DNA of 64,000 nucleotides from the human T2T-CHM13v2.0 reference genome, Homo sapiens: assembly GCF_009914755.1 (NCBI RefSeq), contig NC_060925.1; one strand, given 5' to 3'. This document shows, piece by piece, positions 22,076 to 42,060 of the stretch. Below the pieces are notes generated by a model. The model was not told the origin of the DNA and made no database searches. It worked only from the letters and a program-made list of their open reading frames with translations. The position numbers were made by a program, and so were the translations under genes. The first letter of the stretch is position 1. Each line of letters opens with the position of its first letter.

Positions 22076-22287
22076 TCATCCAGCTGGGCTCAGCCCCAGA
22101 TGGACCCCTGGACAGCAGTGTGGTATTCTGCCTCCAGGAGTCAGATTCTGAACTGAGAAAACGGTTCCCTCACTGACTCCCCAGCTAAGGCCCACCCAGT
22201 GAATGCTAATTTGGCAGCTTCTGTTTGTAATGCTCTCCAACTCCCTGGAGAAGTGGAAAGCACCAGAACCTCCCAGGTCGGACTCAC

Positions 22288-22374
22288 CAATGTCGGAGCT
22301 GGCAGCTACCAGCACACTGCCTCCACCGTCAATAAAGGCACTGATGGTCTCCACGTTGATGTTGCCTCCAAAAT
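22288..22374 (-). CDS. DDOST: DDOST exon 3
   Basis: [28 protein letters not shown]; 87 nt. Confidence 0.96.
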
Positions 22375-24070
22375 CTGAAAGCAGGCACCAGACACAGTGA
22401 CCCAGAGGTCTCCTCTCCCTGCTCCTCTGACACTGGCAGGGAGGGGACATGAAGGGCAGAGCAGCCACGATCACTCACAGAGCAGCACCCTCTGGGGGCC
22501 ACAATGAGGGAGAGGCTTCCCACACCACATCCCAGAACGGGCAAGGCCCCATCCTCGCAGCGTGAAGACTCAAAATTATGGCTCAGAATTAGAAACTTCT
22601 GGAGGTTTGGAGGAAACAGTCAAACATCCACTAATTGCACTGGTCAAGTAAGCTGTACACATTTCAACTCACATAGGAAATATGCATTTGGAAATGCCGT
22701 ACTGCCCATATTTCATCTCATCACCTGCACCTTTCACGCTAGTGATGCTGATCACTGGAGCCAGTTTCCAGAGCCTGTCAATTCCACCCTGTCTAAATGG
22801 TCTGAGGAAGAGCACTTCTGCATCTCCAGTGATGCCATCACTTGACAATAGTACTCCCTGGTCTGGCATTAATCCATTTTTCCCTATTAATCCTACAGAT
22901 TCTATCCATGACATCCACAACAGAGCTACCCAGTACACTGCTTTTTAAAAAGTGATCACCAAAAGGGCTCATTAATTTCCAACATCTGTAACTGTGAGAT
23001 CCTATCCTTTTCTGGTCAATTAATTGGATCATGTGACTACTGCCATAAGCATCTAAAACTAGCACTGGGTGGGGCTATTTGAGGCTCCAGAGTCTCCCCA
23101 AAGTGTACTCTGATATTCAACCTAAGGTAATGAAGACAGTGCTCAGTAATCCATTTATTCATTAAATGAGTAATTCTTGTGAGCCGAGAAGAAAAACAAA
23201 GTGGACAATGTGGGAGGGGAGCTCTTGTGCCAAGGTTGTTTAAGGAAGACCTGCAAGTGGCATCTGAAAAGATGTAAGCGTGAGCCAGGCAGTCTGTGGG
23301 GTCAGAGGATTCCCAGCACAGTGAACACCAGGTGCAAAGTCCCCGAGGGGGGTGGGCACGGTCACCAGCAAGGGGCCCAGTGTGGCTTAGCTGGAGAGAA
23401 AGGAGTGAGCAGCAGGAGGTAAGGCCGGGTGAAGTGAGGGCCCAGGCTGCGCAGGGCTCTGCACCCCACACGAGGGACCTGCCGTGGGGAGCCGCTGGAC
23501 GATTCTGAGCAGGGGCCTGGCAGGATCTCATTCCTATTTTTGAAGGACGATCCTGGCAGCGGGGTAGAGACTAGGGTACGAGGGTGAAAGTGGCCATGGT
23601 GATGGGTTAGAAGGCCACTGTGAAAATCTAGGCAGTGAAGAGTGCTGAGCCGACCTTGGAGCAGCAACAGAGGGAGGCGCAGCAGGCCTCCACGCCTTCT
23701 GATGGCACAGCCGCAGGGCCTGCTGATGCTTCGACAGGGGCATTAGAAAAGCTCCAAGGAGTCTGGCTGAGCAACCGGAAGGACGGACATGCCAATTTCT
23801 GAGACTGGACAGAGAAGTGTGTCCATTAGACCCTCAGTAGCAGGTGGAAATGACTTTGTAAAGATCTGAATATAAGAGCCCTGTTTTTTGAGGGGTAATC
23901 TTCAGCAGAAAACTAAAAGCGCCTTACCTGACTGACTTTCAGGCATACGCAGAAGCTCCTATATTCTCTACCTCTGCCTCTCATGCTACATTCAAAAAGC
24001 CATCTATCTACTCTCCTTTGGAGAGGCCAGGCAGTCTTGGACATTCCAAAAGCAGCCTATTGGCACAGTG

Positions 24071-24274
24071 CAGTGGTTTGCAATCTTGGCCGATTTTGCC
24101 CCTCAGAGCAATGTCTGGAGACATTTCTTCGCCGTCACATAACAGGGAAGTGGCCACTGGCATTAATGGGCAGAGGCCCGGGGTGCTGTTAAACACCCTA
24201 CAGTACACAGGACAGCCTCACTATAAAATTATCCAGTCTGAAACGTCACGAATGCACCTGTTGAGAAACTCTTG
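24071..24274. mobile_element. MER20 (hAT-Charlie) DNA transposon
   Basis: CAGTGGTT...GGCGATTTTGCCCC-like start, GCAATGTCTGGAGACATTT and GTTGAGAAAC end. Confidence 0.8.
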
Positions 24275-25034
24275 TAAAGCTGACAGAACACGGGCTTTGA
24301 AATCGAGACCACCTGGAGTTAAAACTAGGCAAATCCCTTCACCCTTCTGAACCCACTTCCCCATCTATAACAGGGATCCGGTTTTTCCCGGGTATAGAGG
24401 ATGTGCTGAAAATTTCTTCCCTTGTAGACATGATTGCCAGTGACCTGGGAGCCTTCCGATGCCAGAGGGCAAAGAAGCCACTGGGGCACAGACAGGGAAG
24501 CCAGGCCAGCACTCACTCACCTGAGAGGGTGACAGTGACAGTAGTCATGGGACGAGGGCAGGGCCCTGGGAGCAGACACCAAACCCCTACCCCGAACCCT
24601 GCCCTGCAGCTTCCTCCCAAGGAACGCCTGAGGATTTCCCACAGCAGCACCTTCCAAAGTGTGGAACCCACTCCACCAGAGGCAGAAAAGGCAGCAACGC
24701 GAATGCGGGAACCGGGCTTTAAATAACCTTGAATCTCAGAGACAGAAAGTTACTCCCTTTCCTTATTTTTCAAGCTTTCTCCATCAAAGAGAATGTCTTA
24801 GTTTGATACTAGTTGTTAGAGCTTCTAATGCTTGCTAATCTCCTTTTTCAAGAGGGAACCTCAGGTTCAAAGCCTTCGGCAGGCAGCAGCATCTGGCTAG
24901 AACTTACGGGTGTTGTTTTTATTCTATTTATAGTTACCTTCTACGTACATCAAGTGATGACACTGGATTTCCATTTTCGGTGGTAATTCTGGGCTCGCTA
25001 TTGTTTCCCTTTTAAAATGTTGTTTTAGTTTTTT

Positions 25035-26143
<1,109 letters not shown>

Positions 26144-27067
26144 TCATTAACTGAAGGGAGGAAGGCAGTCCTGTCTTACCCAGACAGGGACAACTTGAGT
26201 CTTTTAAGAAAAAGATAAACTGAAGCAAATAAAGAAGAGAATGACTAACATGCTCACCAAAAAAGTATGGCAAAAGAGAAATAGCTAAGGAGCTGGGGAT
26301 GTTCAGTCTGGAGGAGAAACAACCGAATAAGCTGTGATTATGTGAAGGCTATGCCTGCAAACAAGATAAGCATTCTATCTATTCTCTAAGGTGCTGGGGA
26401 GCATAAGAACAAAATAAAGCAGGAGACAATATTTCTTAATATAAGAACTTCTTAACAGAATTGTTCAGTGGTGGAGTGGATTGCCTCGTAAAACAAGAAT
26501 ACTCAAGTATCAACTGGATAATCTGGCCAAGATATTCATTCTGTTAAACGACTAGCCCACTGCAAGGCTGCTGGACATATTTATCCAGCCTCAAATGGGA
26601 GGAGGGGTGGGGTGGTAGATAATTGCTAAGGCTCTTTTTTCAGCCCGAGACTATGAATCTATCTGAATTCTTAAGATCAACTGCCACAATGCACAATGCC
26701 TCTTTATAGCAATCCATATTAATAACAGGCCATTTCCTCTTTCCACCCAGGCAAACCCAACCCAGGAGCTTTCCATCTTTTTATCAGGCCCTTTACAGAG
26801 TAAACTCCCTTCTCAGCAGAGCAGCAGGGCCCTGGGTTCCACGGTCTGCAGCAACACTTGACTCCACAATCCTTAGCTGTTTCTTTTAGAAAGATGTACC
26901 CTCCTAGGGTCAGGTCAGAAATGAGCATTTTCCTTATCTCCGTGGTAGCACCATCCAGGACTGGCAACCCATCCTGTGACCCAGGACATGCCCAAGAACC
27001 AGAAGAAAGCAATCCATCAAGTCCCGGGTCTCGAATTCCAGTGCTAGGGGCGACGCGGAACCCTTAC

Positions 27068-27950
<883 letters not shown>

Positions 27951-29132
27951 GCCACCTTCTTGCTGGCGGGGTCTTCACTGGGCCTGGGAAGGCTCGGGAC
28001 CAGGAACTAGGCCCCACCTCCACCATCTCTAGGGAGGAGGGGTTGGAAGAATAAGATCAGGGTCAGGGCACTTGGAGCCTCCTTCCTGCCGCTCACGGCT
28101 CCAGGGGCCATGGCATGGACGGGCCTGTGCTGCCCAGCTCGGTGGCCCACGCTGGAGACTGTGGATGGGCAGTAGACTGGCCTAGCGATGGTTCCATTTC
28201 CAAGTTGCATCTCTCACTAGCCGTTACCCGGGCATTGCACTTCTCTCCAGGACAGTTTCCCTGGCTGTAAATAGGACTAAGGACGAGGTCCAGCTCCGCT
28301 GCTTATCTGTGTGCCTTAGGAACAGCCATTTAATTACCTCATCTCTGGGCTCTTGGGAGGAACATGGCAGGTTTTGAAGCACTTAGCGCCGGGCTAGAGT
28401 GAACATCCATTCAATAATGTGGCTCCCACCTCTTCTAGGTTAATACAGAGGCCACCCGGTTCATCTCAGACCTGCCTTTGTCCACCAGGGGTTTAAGTAA
28501 AAACTACCACAAGCAGCAAGACTTCCACCGTCCTCTGGGTCCCAACCACAATCCTGAGGCCAATGGTGACGGCAACTGTAGAGACAGAAGGTAGCAGTTC
28601 CTTTCGGACACTTGTCCACCAACCCAAGAATGGAGCAAAAATCAAAACCTCCCTCCATACATCTTCTTAACGGACTCTACTTCCTCTCCATTCCCACTGG
28701 CTCTGCCCCAAGTTAAGCCTCTGCAGAGCTCCTGGCTCCTGCACCCTAACTCCTGCCCTTCCACCCTCGACACACAGTACCACATCCGCCCGCCTCTAAT
28801 TCAGAGCCAACAGTGTTAAACTGTTAAGAGTCGGCCACGGCACAGGGACACCCCAAGGCTCTTTGCTCTCAGGTCTCCACCTACACTCATCTCAGCAGCC
28901 TCGTCCCCTCTCAGTCCTTGCTCAGGGCTTCCATGGAACAGGAATGGCCCAGCCTTTAACACCCTGAGTTCCACACCTCCTGCCTTTTGCTTTGCAGCGC
29001 TCTCCGCCAGGAGCGCCCTCCTTACACCCCCATCTTAAACCTCCTGGGATCTTCTCCATCCTTTCTGGGAGCCCCACCCAGCACTGCTCCCTTCAGAAAG
29101 GCACTCTTTGTTCCCCATAAAGACCTGATATC

Positions 29133-29430
29133 GACCAGGCGCGGTGGCTCACACCTGTAATCCCAGCACTTTGGCAGGCCGAGGTGGGCAGATCACTTGA
29201 GGTCAGGAGTTCGTGACCAGCCTGGCCAACATGGTGAAACCGCATCTCTAATACAAAAAATTTAGCCGGGCGTGGTGGTGGGCGCCTGTAATCCCAGCTA
29301 CTCATGAGTCTGAGACAGGAGAATCGCTTGAACCCAGGAGGTGGAGGCTTCAGTGAGCTGAGATTACCCGCTGCTGCACTCCAGCCTGGGTGACAGAGCG
29401 AGACTCAGTCTCAAAGAAAATAAAAATAAT
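29133..29430 (+). mobile_element. Intergenic AluS-type element
   Basis: Full Alu; TSD AAAGACCTGAT on both sides. Confidence 0.92.
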
Positions 29431-30215
29431 TTTTAAAAGACCTGATCTCACCGGCTCTGACTCAGGACGTACTGCTGCCTGCCTCTGGCTGGATATCTCT
29501 GTAGTTGTCTAAACACCCCCACCCCAGCTTCTCAAGAGTGTGTGCTCCTTGGCCCAGGCATGTGGCTTGTGGGGCCTGCCATAGAAATTGATACAAAATA
29601 GGGAGGAGGAGGACTAACACAGAGCACCTGCTATGCCCCAGGAGCTTTACATACTATCTCATTTAATCTTCACATTAACCCTGTGAGGTGGGCGTTATCC
29701 CCATTTCACAGATGAGGCTCAGAGTGAAATGAGGTTCCAGGACTGTGCCAAAGGCCAAGCCTTTTCCCTTAGATTGTGGAGCCCCCCACAGGACTGGCCT
29801 GGGATAGAGTGTGCAAGGGGAAGGCTGTGTCCTAGGTACCCCCCTATGTGGGCACAAACAGGGTGGCCTGGATTCATTTCTGGCTATATCAGGACACCCA
29901 GTCCCAGCACAGCCCCCAGGACTGTCAAAAGCTGGGCCCTTTTCTGGCCTCAGTGAGACATGGCCCTATTTTCCACAACAAGGGGTCTTGCTTTCCTGGG
30001 TCACAGGTCCTTCGAGAATCTAATGAAAATTCAGACGCTCTTCCCAGAAGAATGTACTCACTATTATAGGGAGCTGCAGAAACCCTGGAGGTCCCAGGCA
30101 AAAGAACCCTTTTTCCAGAAAGAACTTCCCTGGAATAGCCAGGCCACAATGGCAGGGAGGGGCCCCAAGTGACACTGTCAGAGGGTCAGAGAAGGGGAGC
30201 TTATCTTAAAAGCAG

Positions 30216-30221
30216 TTTATT
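30216..30221 (-). terminator. KIF17: KIF17 poly(A) signal AATAAA
   Basis: TTTATT on +, about 550 nt downstream of the KIF17 stop. Confidence 0.8.
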
Positions 30222-30770
30222 GGGCAGCTTAATGTGGAGTGGCCTTCCTTGGGCCACAGACCAGCCAGGGGTGGGCAGTGCAGGAAGACCTGCTGTGGGA
30301 CCCCTGTGCCACCCCATGGGGCAGGGCAGTGCTTAGGAAGTGGGGCCAGTCAGACAGAGGCACAGTTCCTTCCCAGCTGATATTGAGCTTCCTCCACGTG
30401 GCAGCTGCTGCCCTCTCCATCAGGGCTGGTGAAGGCCGTGAAGCAGGTCTCAGGCTTTGAGGCAAAGACCAACACTGGTGGGCATGGGTGTGGGCTCTGT
30501 GGCAGGTGAGCAGACGGAAACACTGATGTGGTATGAACAGCTGGAGCAGGCCTCTCTAAGGAGGACTATACAGCCTCCGAGGGGCTCCTGCCCAGGGCGG
30601 AGGTGGGCTCTCTGGGGAACAGGGAAGGGAATGTGTCTTCCCAGGGCTGAGGGAGCCCTCAGGCCCCGGAGCGCTGTGTGGCAGGTGGGAGGAGACCTGG
30701 TTGGGGCTGCCCTGGGAGGGCCTGGCAGTCTCTACATGCCTATAAGGCAGGCAATGGCAAGCAGCTGTGC

Positions 30771-30949
30771 TCACAGAGGCTCACTGCCAAAGTTGCTTTT
30801 GCTTTTCTTACGCTTGGCCTTGGTGAAAGGGATGTCGAGGGACTCGAGGCGGAAGGGCCGGGGCTGGGGCATTTCAGGGGCCTGGGTGGGTGGGATGGCA
30901 GAGTTGTTGCTGAGTGGGCAGCTGAGGCCTGGTGGCGAGTTGTGATGTG
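30771..30949 (-). CDS. KIF17: KIF17 last coding exon (exon 15; KRKK ciliary/nuclear signal, C-terminal PDZ ligand SEPL)
   Basis: HHNSPPGLSCPLSNNSAIPPTQAPEMPQPRPFRLESLDIPFTKAKRKKSKSNFGSEPL then stop; acceptor CCCCACAG. Confidence 0.96.
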
Positions 30950-31391
30950 CTGTGGGGAAGAGGGCAGAGGTGCTGGTAAGCCAGGAGCGCAGGGATGGAG
31001 AGAAAATGCCCCAAGTGGGTAGGATGGAGAGCCTGGCCCACCCCACTCCCGCCCCCCTGCCCAGCCAGAGGCCCTGGCCCTGCAGCTGGGACCCCAGCCT
31101 CTGCGAGGCTGCTCTGGCTGAGGTCTCAGACCCAGCAACTATGTCTGCATCCAAAGAGGCTGGGCTGGGGAGTTGGGGTTTTAAAGCATCAGACTGAGGC
31201 AGCCTGGGATCTCAAGCCAGACAAGTCTGGGTTCAAAGCCCAGCTCCACTGCTTCCTACAACCTTAGAGAAGCTGCTTCGTCTCTGAGCCTCAGTTTCCT
31301 CATCTGCAACATGGGCACAATGCCAGGCACTCAATTAATCCTATTCCCCCCCCCCCACCCATTCTGTCTCTTAAATAACCTCAATATATAG

Positions 31392-31886
<495 letters not shown>

Positions 31887-32399
31887 AAGATTTGCTTTTT
31901 ATTGCTATTTTATTGGAAGCTCTGCGGGCTTTGCTTTCAGTTTTAAAAGCAGATAAAATGAAGTGATGCTTAATTCTTAAAAGCGTGTGTTGCATTTGTG
32001 GCCCTTGATAAGTGAAGTCAATCTGCATTTGGAGGAAGTCACAATGCTGGCGTGTGACTCGCCAGGAAGCTGGCGCGTAACTAGTGAGGCCTAAACCCGT
32101 GCATCCCCAGCCAGGCCCCTGAGCCATGCACTGAGTGCCTACTAGGGGCCAGGGGAGACAAGACTGGAGCAAAGAGGAGACTCTGTACTGAGCACCAGCG
32201 CCCGGGCTGGGCCGTTTCCTCACCTCGTATCACCTAATCCTAAGAAGTTGGTGTTACCCCCCTCATTTTGTAGCTAAGGAAACTGAGGCTCCGAGAGGTA
32301 AAGGAGTTTTTGAACCCAGGCCTGTCTGACTTCAAAACTATCCCCTTCACGCCTCTCCCAGTTGTGTGGAGAGGGTGGGGACAGGGGAGGGACACTCAC

Positions 32400-32517
32400 T
32401 GAGGCTCTTCCTGGCGTCTGTGCTGAGGATCTGGCTGGCCCGCTTAGATCGGAAGTAGTTGCTGGCAATGTTTTCACTGTTGCTCCGACTGAGCATGAGC
32501 CTGTAGCGGTCCTCCTC
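32400..32517 (-). CDS. KIF17: KIF17 exon 14
   Basis: EEDRYRLMLSRSNSENIASNYFRSKRASQILSTDARKSL; donor GTGAGT; 118 nt. Confidence 0.95.
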
Positions 32518-33254
32518 CTGCCGAGATGCAGATGCCCGTGGTCACGTCCCCTTGTTTGTGCCCCTGGCACAGGGCTCCACAGCCTCTGGTATCCTGGGGC
32601 AGTGGGGGCCGCCCCGAGCTTCCCCCAAGTTGTCACAGGGCTGGAGCAGGCACTGCCCACTCTGGTGTACCCTACACCGTAGATCCTGGACTCGGGGGTG
32701 GGATCCCAGGCAGCTCGGGGCCAGGAAGTCAGTCTCCAGCCAAGCCTGCACCCGGCCTCCCCTTCCTTGAGATGGGAAGTGCCTTATTCTGTCCTACAAA
32801 GCTCAAAACAGGGTGTCCTGCCAGCTCCAACAGGGGGGCCGGGGTGATACACAAGCCCCAAATCTATCACGACATGTTCATAGAATAGGCAATGCGTTGC
32901 TATCCTCAGCTCACAGGTACATTTGTGATCATTAGAACTGGAATCCAAACCTTCTTATCACCAAGAGCTATTATTTTTCCCCACTATTATGGACTTGTTT
33001 TCTTCAATCTAAATCTCCCTTTTCAGGGAATTGTCCTTCTTCCACTTGACATCCCAGTGGGGTGAGCATTCATAGTGCCCTATACTACATCTGACTCCCA
33101 TCCTGTTGTTACACAGCTGGACATGTGACCCAGACTGCACCAATCACAGAACCACATCCTCCTAAACACAGTAATTGGTTCAAGAGTAGACACATGACCC
33201 AGGCAGAGCCAATCAGAATCTCTCCCCAAGCTCTAGTTTCAGGATGCTTTAAGA

Positions 33255-33788
33255 CAAGGGTTTCCAACCCCCAGGCCATGGACTGGTACCAGTCCCTGGC
33301 CTGTTAGGAACTGGGCTGCACAGCAGGAAGTGAGCGGCAGGTGAGCAAGTGAAGCTTCATCTGTATTTGCAGCTGCTCCCCATCACTTGAATTATTGCCT
33401 GAGCTGCACCTCTTGTCAGATCAGTGGTGGCATTAGATTCTCATAGGAGGGCAAACCCTATTGTGAACTGCACGTGTGAGGGATCCAGGTTGTGGTTCTT
33501 ATGAGAATCTAATGCCTGAAGATCTGTCACTGTCTCCCATTACCCCCACATGGGACCGTCTAGTTGCAGGAAAACATGCTCACGGCTCCCACTGATTCTA
33601 CATGATGGTGAGTTATATAATTATTTCATTATATATTACAATGTAATACTAATAGAAATGAAGTCCACATTAAATGTAATGCACTTGAATCATCCCGAAA
33701 CTATCAGACCCCCCACCCCGTCCTGACCTGTGGAAAAATTGTCTTCCACGAAACTGGTCCCTGGTGCCAAAAAGACTGGGGACAGTTG
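33255..33788. mobile_element. MER1A (hAT-Charlie) DNA transposon
   Basis: Termini CAAGGGTTTCCAACCCC and GGGGACAGTTG; 8-bp TSD CTTTAAGA/CTTTAACA. Confidence 0.85.
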
Positions 33789-33911
33789 CTTTAACAGACC
33801 AGGCCTCTCTTCCTTTTGGATCACCAATGGCCAGCAGCCATCCTTCCGGCCATGTGGAGAAAGCCTTCAGTTAGCATACCAAGGGAAGCAGGAACAAGAG
33901 GTGAAGACACA

Positions 33912-34546
<635 letters not shown>

Positions 34547-34884
34547 CTAGATCCAGCCGTGCCTGAAACTGGTCCACTTACATGAACTAAAAAATTCCTT
34601 ATTTTTCTTATGGTTGTTTGCTTTGGTATCTATCGCTTGGAGCTGAAAGCATTCTGACATAACCTCTTTGTGGTCCCAGATTAAGAATGTCTTTTTTCCT
34701 GGCAGCAACTTTCCCTTTTTTATGAAGCTGCCAATCAAGCTCTAGACCACCATGAGTGGCCCCTTGCAGCCTGAGTTGCTCAGCCAGAGATGTTTGGTTG
34801 GAATTCATTAGCCTAGGAGTGGTCTTATCATAACTGTAAAGGTATATTCTATGTGGGTTTTCTGAAATATTTGTAATGGCTTAA

Positions 34885-35101
34885 GGCAGAATCAGCTAAT
34901 TATGGCATACAGACCAAATCTGGCCTGCAGGCTATTTTTGTAAATAAAGTTTTATTGGAACACCATTCATTTGTGTATTACCTGTGGCTGTTTTTGTGCT
35001 ACAGTGGCAGAGTTGAGTGGCTGTGACAGAGACCACATAGTTCACAAAGCCCAAGATATTTATGATCGGGTCCTTTACAGAAAAATTTTGTTGACCCCTT
35101 G
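34885..35101. mobile_element. MER58A DNA transposon
   Basis: TTTTTGTAAATAAAGTTTTATTGGAACA...TTTACAGAAAAA...GACCCC signature. Confidence 0.8.
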
Positions 35102-35441
35102 TTTTGAACAAAACTCTTAGAGTTTCTCTGTTAACTTAGCTGGTAGTTATTGTCCCCAGCAGCCACCAGAGGCCCAGACACAAGGACACCAAGAGGGGGT
35201 CCAGCTGCTTGGGTCCCTCTCTGGTGGCCCTGCCTAGCCTGAGGATCTGTAAATAATAACAACTTTCATATCATTGTTCATGGAGTTGTGTCATGGAAGC
35301 TGTGCCTGCTGACCAGGCCACCCCAAGGGACTGGTGGACTCCCGCTGGTGCCCTTCTGTCTGGGCCTCTGGTGGCTGCTGGGGACAGTAGCTCCCAGCTA
35401 ACTTAAAAAACTGGAAGAGTTTCGTTGAAAACACCCCGCTT

Positions 35442-36245
<804 letters not shown>

Positions 36246-36611
36246 TTACTGCCTTATGAACCCTGTGAGGACCCTCTTGGTCTGAGGATTACCAGCAGGA
36301 AACCAGAATGTGCTGCTTGTCCTCTGAGTTTGAGGCTGAAGTCTCTGTCCTTCACCGGCAAGATGGGCCACCGAACCATCTACTTTCCCTTGGTATTTAT
36401 GACTGTGAGTACCTTTGAATGAGGGCCAGAGGGGGTTGAGGGTCTAGGTGCCAATGGAGGGGCATGAAAAGGATCCAGCCTTGGCCCCTTCTTTAATCCT
36501 TAGGCGGGAGGAAAGTGGAAAACCAGCTCTCCACAGTAACACTGACCCACAGCACTGGGGGCAAAGCCCTCCCAGCCCCCGACACCCCACTCCCTCTCCC
36601 GCGGTCCTCAC

Positions 36612-36682
36612 CATGTTCGGCTCGCCATTGTCTGCTGCAGAGGTTTTGCGGGCTGGTTTGTTCTGTGGCCCAGTTGAAACTG
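36612..36682 (-). CDS. KIF17: KIF17 exon 13 (NAGNAG acceptor, alternative start 36679)
   Basis: (A)VSTGPQNKPARKTSAADNGEPNM; donor GTGAGG; phase matches both neighbours. Confidence 0.92.
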
Positions 36683-37435
36683 CTATGAGAAAACAAAAGC
36701 TGAAGTCACTGCTGCCTGGTGCAAGGCCTAGAGGAGGGCACAGGTGGAGGTGGGGGTCAGGCCTGGCTCAGGCTTAAACAGGGGAGGACACTTCCCAGCC
36801 CAAGCCAAGGGATAATTTTAAGAAACAGACAGCAGGAGGGGCTCAGGCACCAGAGAAGACCCTCATCTGCTTGCAGGCAAGACAGCAGCCAAGGGGCTTC
36901 CAGGCAAGACAGCAGGCGAGGGTGGGGACAGACAGGAAGGCTGCTGCATCCCAGAGCATGTGGGAAATGGAGGCGGGCTGGGGTCTCAGCAGGGATGGTG
37001 TCAATAAACATCAGAGATGTTGGACCTGGATGAACACGCTGAGCAAGAGGGAGGACTCCTGGGGGGCACTGCGGGCTCCCCAAATGGGCAGAGTCAGGTC
37101 CACGGCTGGAGAAAGAGCCACAGCATGTCTGGCTTTACTCTGAGACTCATCAGAGGTGAGGAGGCTTTCAAGGTCATCTGATCCAACCCCTTCTTTGTAA
37201 AGAAGCCCAGAGAGGGACAGTGATCTTCGGAAGGCCATACGGGAGGTCAGCAGCAAGAGCGGAAGTGGAACCAGGCCTGAAACTCTGAACTGTGGGTTTT
37301 GATCCATGGTCCTCCCACTCACTGCTGTGACTGTGACTTTGGACCCTCTGAGATTGTGTCCTCCTATGTGAAATGGGTAGAAAACCTGTCTTCTCAGGGC
37401 TGTCGTAAGGATGAACCAGTGACAATGCTGATTAG

Positions 37436-37856
<421 letters not shown>

Positions 37857-38128
37857 TAAGAAAGGTGCTGTTATTCATCCCCATTTCACAGATGAAGACA
37901 CCGAGTCCCAAAAAGGGCACACAGGGAACGGTGCTGCCAGAATTCCAACCCACATCTGTCTGCCTCCAGAACACACCACTTTCTCAGAGTCCTGACGCAT
38001 CAGGTACCCAGGGTCACGTGTCTTCTACACCCACAGCCTGCAAGGAGAGGCCCACACTCCCTGCCAGTCTGCAGGATGGTAAGCCGTGAAGGAGGGAGGG
38101 GAGGGCAAGGGCCAGCCAAGCTCCTGAC

Positions 38129-38387
38129 CTACTGGGAGGCTGGTTTTTGTGATGACGGGATGTGGGATCTTCCAGAAGCCGTTATCTTCGTCCCAGCAGG
38201 ACTCACGCAGAATCTTCTCCAGGTTGCTGTAGTTACAGTCCCTGCGAATCAGGGGCTGCACCTGCTCCAGGAGCTGCTGCAAGAGCATGGAGTCACGCTC
38301 CTGCCGGCGGATGGTGGCCAAGTAATCGATCTTCTCCAGCTGAAACTCGGACTGCAGATCTTTGATCTCCACCTCTGCTGCCCGAAG
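38129..38387 (-). CDS. KIF17: KIF17 exon 12
   Basis: LRAAEVEIKDLQSEFQLEKIDYLATIRRQERDS...DCNYSNLEKILRESCWDEDNGFWKIPHPVITKTSLPV; 259 nt. Confidence 0.96.
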
Positions 38388-39093
38388 CTGAAAGCAAAGG
38401 ATGACAAGCAGTGAGCAGGGAAAGATACCTCCCCTTCCATCTAACCACCCTGTCCACTCACTGTCCTGCCAGCAGCCACGCATCGTCTGTTCATTGGCCT
38501 GATCAGCCATCCATTCTCATCCCCACCATCCATCCAGCCATCCTTCCCTCCATCCATCCATCCACCTCCTCTCACACCCACTGATCCTTCCGTCTATCCA
38601 ATCACCCTGCTGTCTCTCCACCCAGCATTTAAATGAGCACCTAATGTGTCCCCCCAGCCCTGCAAAATGTAGGGGAAAAGTTGATCAGCAATCCCAACAG
38701 CCAGCCCCTCAGTCACTATCTCCCATTGTACATTTTATTCAGGAGCCTTTGAGAAGTCCCCACATCCAACACCACCGTTCTAAAGGATATCAGAGAATTG
38801 CACAAGTGACATCTCTAAGGAGGACAACAGGCACAAACTCTCCGACTTGACAATCCTCACTCTCCCACTGCCACAGCCCTGTGTGACGGTGTGACAAACA
38901 CTGGACCTAAACAATGGACCTAAGAGTAAGACCCACCTTGATCTGATCAAGGGTTCCAGATTCTTTTGGTCTCCTGCTCAAGTCTGCCAGACCGGTCCCC
39001 CGGTCCCTCCTGAGCACAGGTGACTGCCAGCCCCAGCCATAACCACCCTCTCCCTGAGCCCCAAGACTACCTGGTGCACAGTCTGTTTCCTCA

Positions 39094-39327
<234 letters not shown>

Positions 39328-40113
39328 TTACGTGAACCCGGGAGGTGAAGGTGAAGATCACACCAGTGCACTCCAGCCTGGGCGACAGAGTGAGACTCTG
39401 TCTCAAAATAAATAAATAAATAAATAGATAAATAAAAATAAAAGAAGGATGTTTGAATTCATGCACTGATACCCATTTGAGAACAGCTGGCAGGACATGG
39501 GTGGGCAGGACAGCCACAGAGAGGCTGGTGCACAGGGGTTTCAACTGGATTAACAATGTTCCATTTCTTTTGTTTGTTTGTTTGTTTGTTTGTTTTAAAT
39601 AGATACGAGGCTCACTTTGTTGACCAGGCTGGTCTCAAACTCCTGGACTCAAGCAGTTCTCCCATCTCAGCTTTCTGAAGTGCTGGGATTACAGGTGTGA
39701 GCTACAGTGGCCCAGCCTGCTCCATTTTTTTTTTTTTTTTTGAGACAGATTCACTCTGTCGCCCAGGCTGGAGTGCGGTGGCATGATCTCAGCTCACTAC
39801 AACTTCTGACTCCAGGGTTTGAGCGATTGTTATGCCTCAACTCCCAAGAAGCTGGGATTACAGGTTTGAGTCACCACGCTCAGCTCATTTTTTGTATTTT
39901 TAGCAGAGACGGGGTTTCACCATGTTGGCCAGGCTGATCTCAAACTCCTGACCTCAGGTGATCCACCCACCTCGGCCTCCCAAAGTGTTGGGATTACAGG
40001 TGAGCCACCGCGCCCGGCCCTGCTCCATTTCTTAGACTGGGTAGTAAGCACGTGGTGTTAGTGGGTATAATAATCATTATATGTTTTTGTACATCTGGAA
40101 TCACTAACAATAA

Positions 40114-40422
<309 letters not shown>

Positions 40423-40639
40423 TAATTTTTGTGACAGTTTTCTTGAGACATAATTCATATAATTCATATGCCATAAAATTCTCACTCTGTCACCAAGCTG
40501 GAGTGCAGTGGCATGATCTTGGTTCACTGTAGCCTCGACCTCCCAGTCCTCCCTCTCTTCCAGTCCTCAGCCTCCTGAGTAGCAGGGACTCCAGGTGCAT
40601 GCCACCACATCTGGCTAATATTTTTAAAATTTGTTGTAG

Positions 40640-42060
<1,421 letters not shown>

